Below the pieces are notes generated by a model. The model did no database searches. It saw only the letters and a list, made by a program, of their open reading frames with translations, and had not been told where the DNA came from. This document shows positions 37,870-62,445 of a stretch of DNA of 64,000 nt, one piece after another. This stretch comes from Anolis carolinensis. Its lineage: Eukaryota. The position numbers and the translations under genes are program-made. The DNA lies in NCBI RefSeq assembly GCF_035594765.1, contig NW_026943824.1, forward strand, positions 1,126,050 to 1,190,049. The letters run 5' to 3'. How positions within the stretch are numbered: position 1 is the stretch's first letter; every line of letters starts with the position of its first letter.

Positions 37870-38349
37870 CTGGGATTCAGCTCTTCCGCTTTTTCGGATG
37901 CCTCCGTCGACTCGCAGTGACGTCACGCAAACAGAGGGGGGCCTTCTCACACAGCGTCGCCTGTCCTCGTCGGTGCCTTTGGGAAATTGTTCTGGGGCGA
38001 GGAGACAGACACACGCGATATACATATTTATGTATGTATGTATGTATTTATGAATATGTATATTCCTGACTGTGTCCTTTAAAACACACGCATAAAAAAG
38101 TGTGGGGGGGGGGGGAAGAGTGGAGACACTTTTCCACATTTTTAATCAGGCAGTGTAGTAGACACCTCTGTCTGTGAGGGAAGGCTGAGGAGGGCGCCCT
38201 CGTGCCCAGCGGAGAGAAGAAGAAGAGGAGGCCCGGCTTCCGCTTCCGGGTGGCGCTCGAAGCCCAGGGAGTTGTGAGGGAAGGAAGGAAGGAAGGAAGG
38301 AAGGACTCGTTTCGCCGGAGCCGACGCCGCCATTATCGCCGTCCTCGCG
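37870..38349. promoter_or_regulatory. Bidirectional BUD31/PDAP1 promoter with CRE and tandem ETS sites
   Basis: TGACGTCA at 37918-37925; CTTCCGCTTCCGG at ~38237-38249. Likely BUD31 non-coding exon 1 donor CAG|GTCAGA at 37870. Confidence 0.65.
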
Positions 38350-38819
38350 ATGCCCAAAGGAGGTGAGTGAGCCCGGGAAGGGAGGGAAGGAGGGCCCGGA
38401 GGGGGAACCGAGGCCCCGGGCGAGGCCTGGCTTTGCGGCCTTGCTCCCTTCCCGGAGGAAACGGCGGCCTTTTCCCGGCCCCTCACGCAGGCCTCACCAT
38501 CCCAGCGCCAGAAATGGCAGTCGTGGAAGTAGGAATCTTCATGTGTTGCCTCGAAGGCTTTCCTGGCCGGAATCACTGGGTTGCTGTGAGTTTTCCAGGC
38601 TGTCTGGCTATGTCCCAGAAGCATTCTCTCCTGACGTTTCGCCCACATCTATAGTAGACCACCTCAGAGGTTGTGAGGTCTGTTGGAAACTAAGCAAGTG
38701 GGGTTTATATACAGTAGAGTCTCACTTATCCAAGCTAAACGGGCCGGCAGAACCTTGGATAAGCGAGTCTCTTGGATAATAAGGAGGGATTAAGGAAAAG
38801 CCTATTAAACATCAAATTA

Positions 38820-38862
<43 letters not shown>

Positions 38863-41800
38863 TTTATTTTTATACCCCGCCCCATCTCCCCGGAGGGACT
38901 CAGGGCTGCTTACATGGGGCCAAGCCCAGTCATCAACAATATTAGGTTATGATTTTACAAATTAAGGTTATGATTTTACAATATTAGGTTATGATTTTAC
39001 AAATTAAGCACCAAAACAGCATGTTATACAACAAATATGACAGAAAAAGTACTTCAATATGCAGTAATGCTATGTTGTAATTACTGTATTTACGAATTTA
39101 GCACCAAAATATCACAATATATTGAAAACATGGACTACAAAAATGGCTTGGATTATCCAGAGGCTTGGATAAGCGAGTCTTGGATAAGTGAGAATCTACT
39201 GTACTGGTAGCCAGATTTTGTTCATTTTCATGGTTTCTTCCTTTCTGTTGAAATTGTCCTCATGCTTGTGGATTTCAATGGCTTCTCTGTGTCGCCTGAC
39301 ATGGTGGTTGTGAGAGTGGTCCAGCATTTCCTGTGTTCTCCAATAATATTCTGTGTCCAGGTTGGTTCATCAGATGCTCTGCTATAGCTGACTTCCCTGG
39401 CTGAAGTAATTTGCAGTGCCTTTCATCTTCCTTGATTTGTGTCTGGACAGTGCTGCGGCGTTTGGCTGTTCCTCTGTAGACTTGTCCACAGCTGCATGGT
39501 ATATGGTAGACTCCTGCAGAGGTGAGAGAATCCCTCTTGTCCTCTGCTGGACATAGCATTTGTTGAATTTTTTGTGTGGGTCTGTAGATAGTTTGTAGGT
39601 TTACCATATTTACAACTGCCTGGAATGCAACCTCTTACGAGAGAGAATTCACTCCATCTGCAAAGAACTCGCAAACACAGACAAGGAACTGTTGCACCTC
39701 CATATCAACACCAGTCAAAAGATGAATACGCAGGATTGGGATAAAATAGACAACCTCACCTACAGAAAAATGGGGAGAGACATGGCTCTCCACACCAAAA
39801 GACAAAAACAAAAATTCTAGAAATTGTGTTTCTTCCGCTTCCCTATGCGGAATTAGTATTCTGCCTTTTTAAAGATAGATTCCAAGGACCCCGGTGCCCC
39901 ACAAATGCCAAACAAGAAAGCCAAGGTTGAGTCTCTTTTATTCGAAATGCTTAGGGCCAGAATTATTCTGTGTTTCATCATGCAGGGATGAGACAAAGCA
40001 TTACTTGCTAAACCAAGAGTGGACAAAAGTTGGAGGCTGACGAGGGACACACTACACTACACATAAATGTAGAAATATAAAACAAATGTTCTCAAAGGAG
40101 TAAAGAAAAGAGAAAGGTTTTCTTTAAAGAGAGAGCAAAATCGGGTGGAACAGAACCTGGATCAAGGGCTGAGAGAGTCCAAAGGGTGGTCAGAGAAGGT
40201 TCTTCCATAGGTTAACTTCAGAGTTGAACTGAGATGGTGAGATATTGAGCCCTATAAGCCCCGCATCTCCCCTCTTTCCTCTCCTCTCTACAACTAAAAT
40301 TGAATTCCACTCCCCTGTGGTTTTTTAACAATGGTCTTTAAGGGGATTGAGCTCTTTCCGGTCTCCTTGTAATTGTATGATTGAGCCGCTTCTTTCGGTT
40401 AGTTGCATCAGACAAAGCAAAGGCATCAAACAGCCACATAAGAGAAAGCTTCAGGAAGAGTTTCATTGCTGCCAAAAGAGATGAGGTTTTGGAACTGTGC
40501 CTGCCACGTGGGAAGCAGCTGAGTGCTTGCTTTACCCAAGCAGCGAAGCCTACGTTTTCCATATGTTACCTCACAAATATCAAAAGCTCTATGTCTAGAT
40601 GTATTTTAAGCTTTTATGAACATACCTGGCCACAGGACCTCTCTTCCACATCATCTCTTCACTCTTAATCTGATTCTAACTAGTTATAAATTGGGATTAT
40701 TTCCCATGAGCATTTGTCATTGTTGATCTTTGGTAATTGCAAGTGATTCTAAATTGTCTCTTTAAAACTCTGATCTGGGCTGTTTTAGGAAATAGCCTTT
40801 CTTTCTTTTTACGTTGCCTATCTGTTTCCTTGCTTGTCTTCTCTGTAATAGGATGTTTCATTTTGAACGTAAGAACTTTCTACTATGTATGTGGCCATTA
40901 TTTTATGCTACATACAGGTAGTCCCCAAGTTCAAAACAAAATAGATTCTGTAGGTTTGTTCTTAAGTTGAATTGGCAATTTTTTCTCGTCAAATGAGTTG
41001 ATAAGGTCTCCACATTCAACCTGGACTTGGAGTTCCCTCTTTTACATAGCTATTTAAAGGGAAATATGAAAGCAGTCATATTTAGCGTGCAGTCCACAGT
41101 CTACCAAAGGGTGTAACCAAAATTATCTCCTCCAATGGTAATGTTGAGCTTTGTCAGTAACATTATACAAGTGCAAGCATGCATGCATGCCAGAAATAGG
41201 CATGACAGCTACTGCTAGTAAATGTTGGTGGATAATTAATTCAATGAAAACTACCAGAATGGTCGAGAGTGAATAGACGATGGCTTTAGAAAGTTTACTT
41301 ACTATCCATGAAACTGCACTGACACTGTTGGATGTAGTGAATCTTTTTCTAAAAGTGATCCTGCCTGCCTGATATATGGATATTTCTTTCCTCTGTTTCT
41401 GTTTATACTGTGAATAAAGTGAACCCACATGATTAAAAGAAAGTTTCACCTGCACAACCAGTAAAACAATGTCATCAGAAGAAAGCAGGAAGTGAGCTTC
41501 CTCTTGCTAACCTGATTCTCTTCATATCCTGTCTACATATTTTAATATACGCAGTTCTGTCTTATTAAACAGCTGAGGGAGGAGGAAGTGGCCTGAGACT
41601 GTTAGGAATTGTGGGAGTTGAAGTCCAAAACACCTGGAAGATCCAAGATTGCCCATGCCTGGTCTAGACGCAGGCCTACAGTTATAAAAAAAAGTCTAGT
41701 CCTGAGCCCATTCTGTCAACAGCAAATGAAAATGAAAGCTCTTGCCAGTTTGTACTGATGTTACAAAGACAAGAGAAGAGGATGCAGCTAAGTGGAGGAG

Positions 41801-44800
41801 AGGGAGAAAGGCATCTGGATGCTTGGTGCGCTTCTAGCGAAAGCATAGGAGCATGATTGAGCTTGTCCCTTCTCAGTGGTGATGCTGGCTTGCTCTTATG
41901 AGTCTGGCAACCTGGTTGATTGCTTTCAGGACCAGGGAAGGAAGAGCGAGTGAGTCTGACTGCAGCTGTTTCTGCACCACACCCAGATTGGATGGCTTCC
42001 AGAGGGATACTGCCAGGATTTCTTTACCGCATGCTGGCTTTGCCTTGTGAGGCAGAGAGTTGGGTTCTGCTTCCCTGGATGTGCTGAAAAACGAAAGAGA
42101 GAGGAGCAAGGTCTACCCATGAAAGAGGAAGATACTCCTCTCCAGCCTTTTAGATATGCAAGGCAAGGATGGAGAACGTGCCACCTCCAAATGGTTCTCC
42201 CTTCATCCCTGGCTGTGAACTACAGTGGCAGGGGCTGATGGGTGTTGAGTCCAACACCATCTGGAAATCCACATGTTCCCTCACCCTCAGGATAAATATG
42301 GATGGATCCGGTGTTCTGTTTCTTGTGCTTTATCTGAAAGGCTTACTGGCAAAGGACAAAGGCAGCTGGATTTCTTTCCTCTTGTTTCTTTTAAGCATCT
42401 GAGATGCAGAGTTCTATGTCTTTTGGTTCAGAGATTTGTTTAACTGTGATAGGCTGGGTAGGCCTGTCTCCCTTGAATTTGCCTGCTCATTCTTAAAGCG
42501 ATTGCAATGCTAGTTAAAATCTGTGCCTAGAGCATTCTTTTTGAGATAGATCACTTCCTCTGTAGACAAAAAGTCTCAGTTGCAATCTCCAGCAAGGCTG
42601 AGAATGGCACTTCTTTCTGATGAGATTATGAAGCATGGACAACAGGATGACCTCGAAGAGAAATATTTCCAGTGTAGGGTCACTGAATATTTCTAATGTG
42701 ATTTTCCCATACAGTACATAGTGTTTAGGTCCTCACTGTGCCAGCAGAACAGCATCATCAAGCGTTCCTTGCTTGATAGATGGAGAGCGACAGCTGTTCA
42801 AAACATTGACTGATGCCCAAGGCGGTGGTTCTTTCTGATGCAAACCGTATTTGTGGTACTTTTGCCTGCTGAGTGCATGTAAACTCCTTAGCACTGTGAT
42901 GGGTCTCCATAAATGTAAAGAGTAAAATCTGAATATGTTTCTTTCATAATGCCTAAGTCTTTCTCAGGGGACCATCAGTTAGTTCAATACCTTTGCTTAC
43001 ATGACTTAAGGCAAAATTGTTGACAGCTGTTTGGAAAGGGTTACATTCTAGATCCCTGAAATAAAAGCTTTAGCTTTAGAAGGATTGATTCTCAACTCTT
43101 TCAAGTCACCTAGCATGAAAATGTGTCTCTGCGGGTATGTTAGACTACTCCAGTTCCTGTGAACTAGTAACCTTAATGGATATGCAAGGCTGGGGTGAGA
43201 ATGCGGTAGAGTTCCCTGGGACAAATTGAGAAATTTGGATAGGTAGCAACATTTGGGAAGGAAAGTTTACACACTCTTGTAGCTTTATGGTTGGCCCTAT
43301 AAGGGTCTGGCTTAGCTGGGTTCTCATAGCCCACTTTTGTGTTTGTCTAAATTGTTTCTGTCATTTCAGGTAGGAAAGGGGGCCACAAAGGCCGAGCACG
43401 GCAATACACAAGCCCGGAGGAGATCGATGCCCAACTCCAAGCAGAGAAACAGAAGGCCAAGGTAAGTGTCATCAAAAGTGGTCTTGTTTTTTAAGAGTTA
43501 ACAATATAATTGGATCATTCCAAAACCTCAATTTTATTTTCTTGGTGCTCCTACACCAATCAGAAAAAGGACTCCAGGCCAGGGTTACACATTGAACTTT
43601 GTTCCTCTGTACTGTCATCATGCTGATAGTGCTTCTTATATCACAGGAGGAAGAAGAGGAAGAGGAAGGAGGTGATGGGGCAACAGGTGAACCCAAAAAG
43701 AAGGAGAAATCGCTAGATTCAGATGAAAGCGAGGAGGAAGAAGATGAAGACTACCAGGTACTAAGGTTTTCCTTCTATTCCATGAATATTCAGTTCACAT
43801 TCTGCTCAATTGGGATTACTGGGTTTTTCAGGGCAAGGTCTTTCCAGCATGATGACATCCTCAATTTTGCTCAAACTGCCCTGTGCAGATCATGGCCATC
43901 ACCGCTAACACGTCCTCATTTGGCTTCTCCCATTTCAGCCAAAGCACAAAGGAGTGGAAGGCATGATAGACATAGAGAATCCTAATCGTGTTGCACAGAC
44001 AGCCAAAAAAGTAACTCAAATAGACATGGAGAGCCCCAGGGAATTGTCGCGGAGAGAGCGGTAAGAGGTTTCTGTTATTCTGGTATGGTGGCTCTCAAAT
44101 GGTGTCCTGTGGGGTGCTTTTGGGTGGACTGCCAAATCACAACACATGGTCCAGAGATAGTCCAGAGTTTTCCAGAGATAAAAGAGACATTTCCGGCCCC
44201 GCAGTGCAGCTTGTGGGCTGTCTTCCTATGCAATCCCCTATAGAGCGCCTCATGCTAACCAACCCTGCTGTAATACTTATTCACTAAGGTTTTCATGGCG
44301 ATCTTTTTCAGCCAATGATCCTTGGGCCTGGAGATCGCATTCATGCTTGCACATCAAATGTGACACCCCTGAGCTGTGGCTTTTTCCCACTCACATCAGA
44401 TAATGTAGCCCTCTTTTCATAAGAAAAGCCTTACTGAACAGAATATACTCCCATTTAGTCCAGCGCTTGCCTTGTTTTATGCAGTGATGAAGCATATACC
44501 TCAGGAAAGCCCACAATCCAAACTTCAAGTCAGCAAGCCTTTCCCTGGTGTTGCTCTGTACTCCTTCCATATTTTCCCCCTTTACTGATTCCCTTTCACT
44601 AAACAGGGAAGAAATCGAAAAACAGAAAGCGAAAGAGAGATACATGAAGATGCATCTCGCCGGTAAAACGGAACAGGCCAAGGCAGATCTCGCCCGATTA
44701 GCTATCATCCGGAAACAGAGGGAAGAGGCAGCGAAAAAGAAAGAGGAGGAACGGAAAGGTAAGACAGACATACGGGCACCCCAACTTAAATGCTTGGCTT

Positions 44801-45128
44801 GATTGAAAGGGGTATGGGTTTGGGATGCTGTTAAGGAACGTGAGAATCTGCCTTACCATATGCAAAATAATTCGTTTATGTATTGTTGACCCCAGCTTGC
44901 CTCCAGAACTGTGTCTTACACAGCCTTTGCTGGAGATGCCAAGGACTGAACCTTAAGTGTATTTTACTGTTTTTAAACAGGGGGTATTGTAATCTTGTGA
45001 TGTTACGTTGGCTGTTTATTGTTTATGTTTTGTTTCTGCACTTTTTATATTTTGCATGTTACACTTTTGAGTGCTCTGCGAGCTGCCCCAAGTCCCTCCG
45101 GGAGATGGTGGTGGGATACAAATAAAAA

Positions 45129-45163
<35 letters not shown>

Positions 45164-46034
45164 GAAACACAAGATGAGCCCACAGCAGACACTCTGCTGG
45201 CTGTTGTATTGGATCACACGTCGGACACTTCCCAAGTGTCTAGGACTGTGTGATGTATCGGCGAATAATGCATGCAGATCCCAGTAAGGTTGCCTTCTGC
45301 AGCTGACAGATGGAAAATTTGTCAGCGCCGATTGTGTTTAAGTGCAGGCCAAGATCTTTAGGCACTGCACCCAGTGTGCCGATCACCACTGGGACCACCT
45401 TGACTGGCTTGTGCCAGAGTCTTTGCAATTCGATCTTTTAAATCTTCATATCGTGTCAGCTTTTCCAATTGTTTCTCTTCAATCCTGCTGTCATCTGGGA
45501 TTATTATTATTATTATTATTATTATTATGTTTAGCCACAAACAAAATGCTCAGTGTGCTGAGCTTGAGGCCCTTTCCCGCTTAAGAGGCTGAGGGGGGAA
45601 AGGAAGGGGCCTGGGGCCAGGAATTGTGGGACTTGAAGTCCAAAACACCAAGAAGGCCGACGTTTGCCCATGCTTGCTGTAGCAGATTTTGTGTGCTGCT
45701 TGGTGAAAGATGTACTGACTCCCATGCCAAGATGTGGGATTATAAACATTCACTAAGCCAACAATTTTCAGTCCATTGTTTCTGGGTGTTCTTGGCAGCT
45801 AAGGCATTATTAGCTTTTCTGCAGAAGGTGCATCATTATCATCCCTGTTTCTCTCCTCCAGTTATTTGTGATACTTTCAGCTGTCCTGAAATTGTCTTTT
45901 CTGGCTAGTCCACAATGCACCTGCTTTCAGATCCTTTCTCCTTTCCCTCTCTCCTCCCGTTGTTTCCCTATAAAGCTAAAGACGACGCAACTTCGACAGG
46001 CAAAAGACTGCAGTCCCTGTCCCTGAACAAGTAA
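38350..46034 (+). CDS. PDAP1: PDGFA-associated protein 1 (HASPP28), 182 aa; exons 38350-38362, 43370-43461, 43647-43757, 43939-44060, 44607-44758, 45976-46034
   Basis: [34 protein letters not shown]...[14 protein letters not shown]...[33 protein letters not shown]...QSLSLNK*. AATAAA at 46773. Confidence 0.96.
38548..39825 (-). mobile_element. Degenerate Penelope-like retroelement with GIY-YIG endonuclease remnant, interrupted by a mariner MITE (38712-39201)
   Basis: ORF 39275-39607 reads [16 protein letters not shown]...RR...IKE..RHC...SAIAEHL. Terminal repeat with decayed hammerhead at 38548-38700. Confidence 0.85.
45164..45500 (-). mobile_element. 3' fragment of an R4/Dong-clade (restriction-like endonuclease) non-LTR retrotransposon inserted in (TAA)n
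   Basis: Frameshifted [22 protein letters not shown] / [15 protein letters not shown]...[20 protein letters not shown]; (TAA)n on both flanks. Confidence 0.75.
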
Positions 46035-47161
46035 GTGCCGGCCGCCGGAGAGGAGAGGGAGTTTGCAGGGACGGTGCCTGGCCAGCCCCCGCCGGGCGCT
46101 CTGCCGCATCCCACCCGGGGAGAGGCCGCACGGGAAGCGCACCGCAGCCGGGCGACGTCTCCACACTTTCAAAGAGACACTGACAGCAACACGTTTGTCT
46201 TCATCTGGGCACAGAATTCCATGGGGAGGTTTGGCGGGTGGGGTGGGGGGGGAGGCAGGGGGAGGAGGGCTGGGTTTGGGGAAATATTACATTATTTTTT
46301 TTTGGTGCAGAATCGCGAGCAACTGTTCCTGGTTGGACACCGTAAACACAGAACGGGTTTGCTGTGTTTAGATTGACGATCACATAATCAAGGGGGGGGG
46401 GGAGAGGTGGGAGGGTACGTTTCGGCTCGTCTGCAGGAAACTTAGGCAAACATATAGTTGGCAGTCTTGACAAATGTAAAACAACAGATACAAATCCAAA
46501 GTACTGGGGGCTGTTTGTGGAACAGGCACCTGCTGCACAGTGGCCCAAAACTATAGACGGAGCCTATGTGTCTATTTGGGTCTTTACTCCCACTTTACAT
46601 CCTCCCTTCACCTATTTTTTTTTAAGCCATCATTAATTGTGCTCCTTATCCTCCCAAAAAAAAAAAGGGATAGTGTCTTTTTAACAAAAACAAAACCAGA
46701 GAACTCTTTTCTTGATTGTGTGACATTGTTGGAAGAGATTCAAATTGGAAGCAAAACGTGTATATTTGGCTGAATAAAGTTTAAATTATCGTAAACGGTT
46801 CGGCTTGTGTTCTCTAACAAGGTGTCCGTCACGTCCTTGTCAGTGAAATGGTGGCTTTGCCTGCAGTTAAGATGCCTCTTCTTAGGAAAGTGTGGGGTTC
46901 ATATAAGTGTAAGAACTAATTATGACCAGCATTATTTGAGTCTTTTATTGAGCAAAGGCTTAACATACATTCTTTTTTCCTTCTTACGTTTCTGTGCTCC
47001 GCAAGGCACAGAAAACTGCAAAAGCTTGTAGCTGTTGGGATTATCTTTGTAGATCTGCGGCAAGGAAGGAGACGCCGTTGTTTAAGCTGAGAGCCGGAGT
47101 CTTCCTCGACTCAACACGGGGAGAAAAGCTGCTGCAATGGGCTTGGTTCCAGTTGTGGTCC

Positions 47162-58159
<10,998 letters not shown>

Positions 58160-58235
58160 GTCTTCTCAATCTGGAGAGAAAAAGGAGCAGAAAGCATGCT
58201 CTCATTCCCTGCCTTGACCTTCTTCTAAAGGCCAG

Positions 58236-58266
<31 letters not shown>

Positions 58267-58274
58267 TATCTTAT

Positions 58275-58499
58275 TATGACACAGCAAACAAGATAGATTT
58301 CCTGGATTTCATTTCACAAAATTACAAGTCGAACACTTCCCAAGTGTTGAGGACTCTGTGATGTATATTATTATTATTATTATTATTATTATTGACACGA
58401 TGACATTGTATGACACAGCAAACAAGATCGATATGCTGGATTTCATTTCACAAAATTACAAGTCGAACACTTCCCAAGTGTTGAGGACTCTGTGATGTA

Positions 58500-58542
<43 letters not shown>

Positions 58543-58773
58543 GACACAATGACATTGTATGACACAGCAAACAAGATAGACATGCTGGATTTCATATCAC
58601 AAAATCACAAGTCGAACACTTCCCAAGTGTCTAGGACTGTGTGATGTATATTATTATTATTATTATTGACACAATGACATTGTATGACACAGCAAACAAG
58701 ATAGAGATGCTGGATTTCATATCACAAAATCACAAGTCGAACACTTCCCAAGCGTCTAGGACTGTGTGATGTA

Positions 58774-58838
<65 letters not shown>

Positions 58839-58926
58839 GACACAGCAAACAAGATAGATTTCCTGGATTTCATTTCACAAAATTACAAGTCGAACACTTC
58901 CCAAGTGTCTAGGACTGTGTGATGTA

Positions 58927-58978
<52 letters not shown>

Positions 58979-59218
58979 GACACAATGACATTGTATGACA
59001 CAGCAAACAAGATAGATATGCTGGATTTCATTTCACAAAATTACAAGTCGAACACTTCCCAAGTGTTGAGGACTCTGTGATGTATATTATTATTATTATT
59101 ATTATTATTATTGACACAATGACATTGTATGACACAGCGAACAAGATAGATATGCTGGATTTCGTTTCACAAAATCACAAGTCGAACACTTCCCAAGTGT
59201 CCAGCACTGTGTGATGTA

Positions 59219-59258
<40 letters not shown>

Positions 59259-59388
59259 GACACAATGACATTGTATGACACAGCAAACAAGATAGATATG
59301 CTGGATTTCGTTTCACAAAATCACAAGTCAAACACTTCCCAAGTGTCCAGCACTGTGTGATGTATTTTCGGATGATGCGCGCAGATCC

Positions 59389-59390
<2 letters not shown>
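58275..59390 (-). repeat. Eight tandem copies of an R4/Dong-like 3' end separated by variable (TAA)n
   Basis: TGACACAGCAAACAAGATAGATATGCTGGATTTC...CACTTCCCAAGTGTCTAGGACTGTGTGATGTA x8. The last unit extends into coding GSARIIRKY. Confidence 0.85.
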
Positions 59391-59437
<47 letters not shown>

Positions 59438-59444
59438 TATTATA

Positions 59445-59535
59445 AAGGCTGGGTGGCCATCTGTTGGGGGTGCTTTGATTGCCTTTTTTCTGGATGGCAG
59501 AAGCAGGTTGGACCGGATGACCCCAGGGTTGCTCC

Positions 59536-59578
<43 letters not shown>

Positions 59579-59803
59579 TACAAAGGCTGGGTGGTTATCT
59601 GTTGGGGCTGCTTCGATTGTGCATTTCCTGGATGGCGGGAGTTTGGACTGGATGACCCCAGGGATGTGCCTATTAATACTATTATTAATTATTATTATTA
59701 ATTAAGGCTGGGTGGCCATCTATTGGGGGTGCTTTGATTGTGCCTTTCCTGCATGGCAGAAGGGGGTTGGACCGGATGACCCCAGGGTTGCCCCTATTAA
59801 TAC

Positions 59804-59846
<43 letters not shown>

Positions 59847-60067
59847 TACAAAGCTGGGTGGCCATCTGTTGGCAATGCTTTTATTGTGCTTTTCCTGGAT
59901 GGCAGAAGAGGGTTGGACTGGATGACCCCGGGGTTCTTCCTATTTATCTTATTAATTGTTATTATTATTATTCATTACAAAGGCTGGGTGGCCATCTGTT
60001 TCGATTGTGCTTTTCCTGGATGACAGGAGTTTGGACTGGATGACCCCAGGGTTGTGCCTATTAATAC

Positions 60068-60107
<40 letters not shown>

Positions 60108-60214
60108 TAAGGCTGGGTGGCCATTTGTTGAGGTTGCTTTGATTGTGCCTTTCCTGGGTGGCAGAAGGAGATTGGACCGGATGACTCCAGGGTTGCTCCT
60201 ATTAATACTACTAC

Positions 60215-60248
<34 letters not shown>

Positions 60249-60253
60249 TATTA
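59445..60253 (+). repeat. Six tandem diverged CR1-like 3' ends separated by (TTA)n
   Basis: AGGCTGGGTGGCCATCTGTTGGGG.TGCTTTGA...GGTTGGAC.GGATG resembles the end of CR1 ORF2 and 3'UTR (50707-50780). Confidence 0.75.
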
Positions 60254-60694
60254 CAAAGTTCCAAAATGGATCACAACTCCCAGCATTCTCTCCAATGGAG
60301 GGCTAACGAAGGGCTGCATATCCTCGGAGCCAAATCTCCGTCTCAATTAGAACAGTCATTACAAGGTTCTTTTCTAACCCAACTTCCATGCATTTAGCGG
60401 GTCATCTTTATTATCTTTGGTATAAACCCCACTAATGCAAACACATGATCAGAGTATGTCTTAATTAAGAGTTGGAACTGGCTGCGGGGAAATGCATGAA
60501 TGAAAGGAGCCCTTTGAGGCCGGATTTCTCGCCAAAGGTTATCTGTCAGTGGCGCTTTGTGTCTCCCCAAATCCAAGTTGGGAGACAGAAGAGTCATTAT
60601 AATATGTGCTTTTTTATGAAACGCATTTTAGTATCGTGATATATTTTGAGTAGGGGTGTGCAAAAAGGCTGAAATTATTACTACTGTTGTTGTC

Positions 60695-60890
60695 GTCAAA
60701 TCCGGGGAGCGGGGTGAGCTCCCACTGTTAGCCCCAGCTTCTGCCAATGTTCGAAAACATGTGAAGGTGAGTAGATCAATAGGTACAGCTTCAGCAGGAA
60801 GGCATCGGCGCTCAATACAGTCATGCCCGTGGCCACAGGACCTTGGAGGTGTCTATGGACAAGGCTGTAGAAATGGAGATGAGCACCAAT
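60695..60890 (+). mobile_element. Decayed Sauria-SINE fragment
   Basis: GTGAGTAGATCAATAGGTAC...GACCTTGGAGGTGTCTA...GAAATGGAGATGAGCACC matches 48096-48426. Confidence 0.7.
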
Positions 60891-60927
60891 AATAATAATA
60901 ATCATAATAATAATAATAACAACAACA

Positions 60928-61077
60928 AAATTACGATCTGCCAACTGCAAAAGGCCACCCTACTGAGATCTGCACACATCATCCGAAAATACATCACACA
61001 GTCCTAGACACTTGGGAAGTGTTCAACTTGTGATTTTGTGATACGAAATCCAGCATATCTATCTTGTTTGCTGTGTC

Positions 61078-61126
<49 letters not shown>

Positions 61127-61211
61127 ATCACACAGTCCTAGACACTTGGGAAGTGTTCAACTTGTGGTTTTGTGATATGAAATCCAGCATCTCTATCTTG
61201 TTTGCTGTGTC

Positions 61212-61254
<43 letters not shown>

Positions 61255-61345
61255 CGTCACACAGTCCTACACACCTGGGAAGTGTTCGACTTGTGATTTT
61301 GTGATACGAAATCCAGCATGTCTATCTTGTTTGCTGTGTCATAAT
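60928..61345 (+). mobile_element. R4/Dong-like 3' fragment with triplicated 3'UTR
   Basis: [23 protein letters not shown] followed by 3 copies of the 3'UTR, each ending in (TAA)n. Confidence 0.8.
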
Positions 61346-61705
61346 AAAATAAAATAATAATAATAATAATAACAACTTTATTTTTATACCCCGCCTCTAA
61401 CCCCCCAAACTCATATAAAACAATAAAAACAATAGCAATATAAAACACAACAATAGACAAAAGACATGCACAATTATAAAAAATTAACCATTAGCCAATA
61501 AAAATAAATGACAAAAATATAATAGAAACATGGATTAAAATGGAGAGGTTGTATCCCCAGAGTCTGATACGATAGACTCAACATCAAGGGAAAACCTTTA
61601 CCTTTAATAGTATTATTACTTCTGCTCACAGCTCAAGGCAAGGCTCAACTTGATTAGAATATACTTATCATTCTAATATTCCTATTATTATTATTATTTT
61701 ATTGT

Positions 61706-61792
61706 ATGATACAGCAAACAAGATAGATATGCTGGATTTCGTATCACAAAATCACAAGTCGAACACTTCCCAAGTGTCTAGGACTGTGTGAT

Positions 61793-61841
<49 letters not shown>

Positions 61842-61926
61842 GACACAGCAAACAAGATAGACATGCTGGATTTCGTATCACAAAATCACAAGTCGAACAC
61901 TTCCCAAGTGTCTAGGACTGTGTGAT

Positions 61927-61975
<49 letters not shown>

Positions 61976-62065
61976 GACACAGCAAACAAGATAGATATGC
62001 TGGATTTCGTATCACAAAATCACAAGTCGAACACTTCCCAAGTGTCTAGGACTGTGTGATGTATA

Positions 62066-62097
<32 letters not shown>

Positions 62098-62182
62098 GAC
62101 ACAGCAAACAAGATAGATATGCTGGATTTCGTATCACAAAATCACAAGTCGAACACTTCCCAAGTGTCTAGGACTGTGTGAT

Positions 62183-62213
<31 letters not shown>

Positions 62214-62298
62214 GACACAGCAAACAAGATAGATATGCTGGATTTCGCATCACAAAATCACAAGTCAAACACTTCCCAAGTGTCTAGAACTGTGTGAT

Positions 62299-62347
<49 letters not shown>

Positions 62348-62445
62348 GACACAGCAAACAAGATAGATATGCTGGATTTCGCATCACAAAATCACAAGTC
62401 GAGCACTTCCCAAGTGTCTAGGACTGTGTGATGTATTTTCGGATC
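61706..62445 (-). repeat. Six tandem copies of the R4/Dong-like 3' end
   Basis: Same unit as 58275-59390, at 61707, 61841, 61975, 62097, 62213, 62347. Confidence 0.85.
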
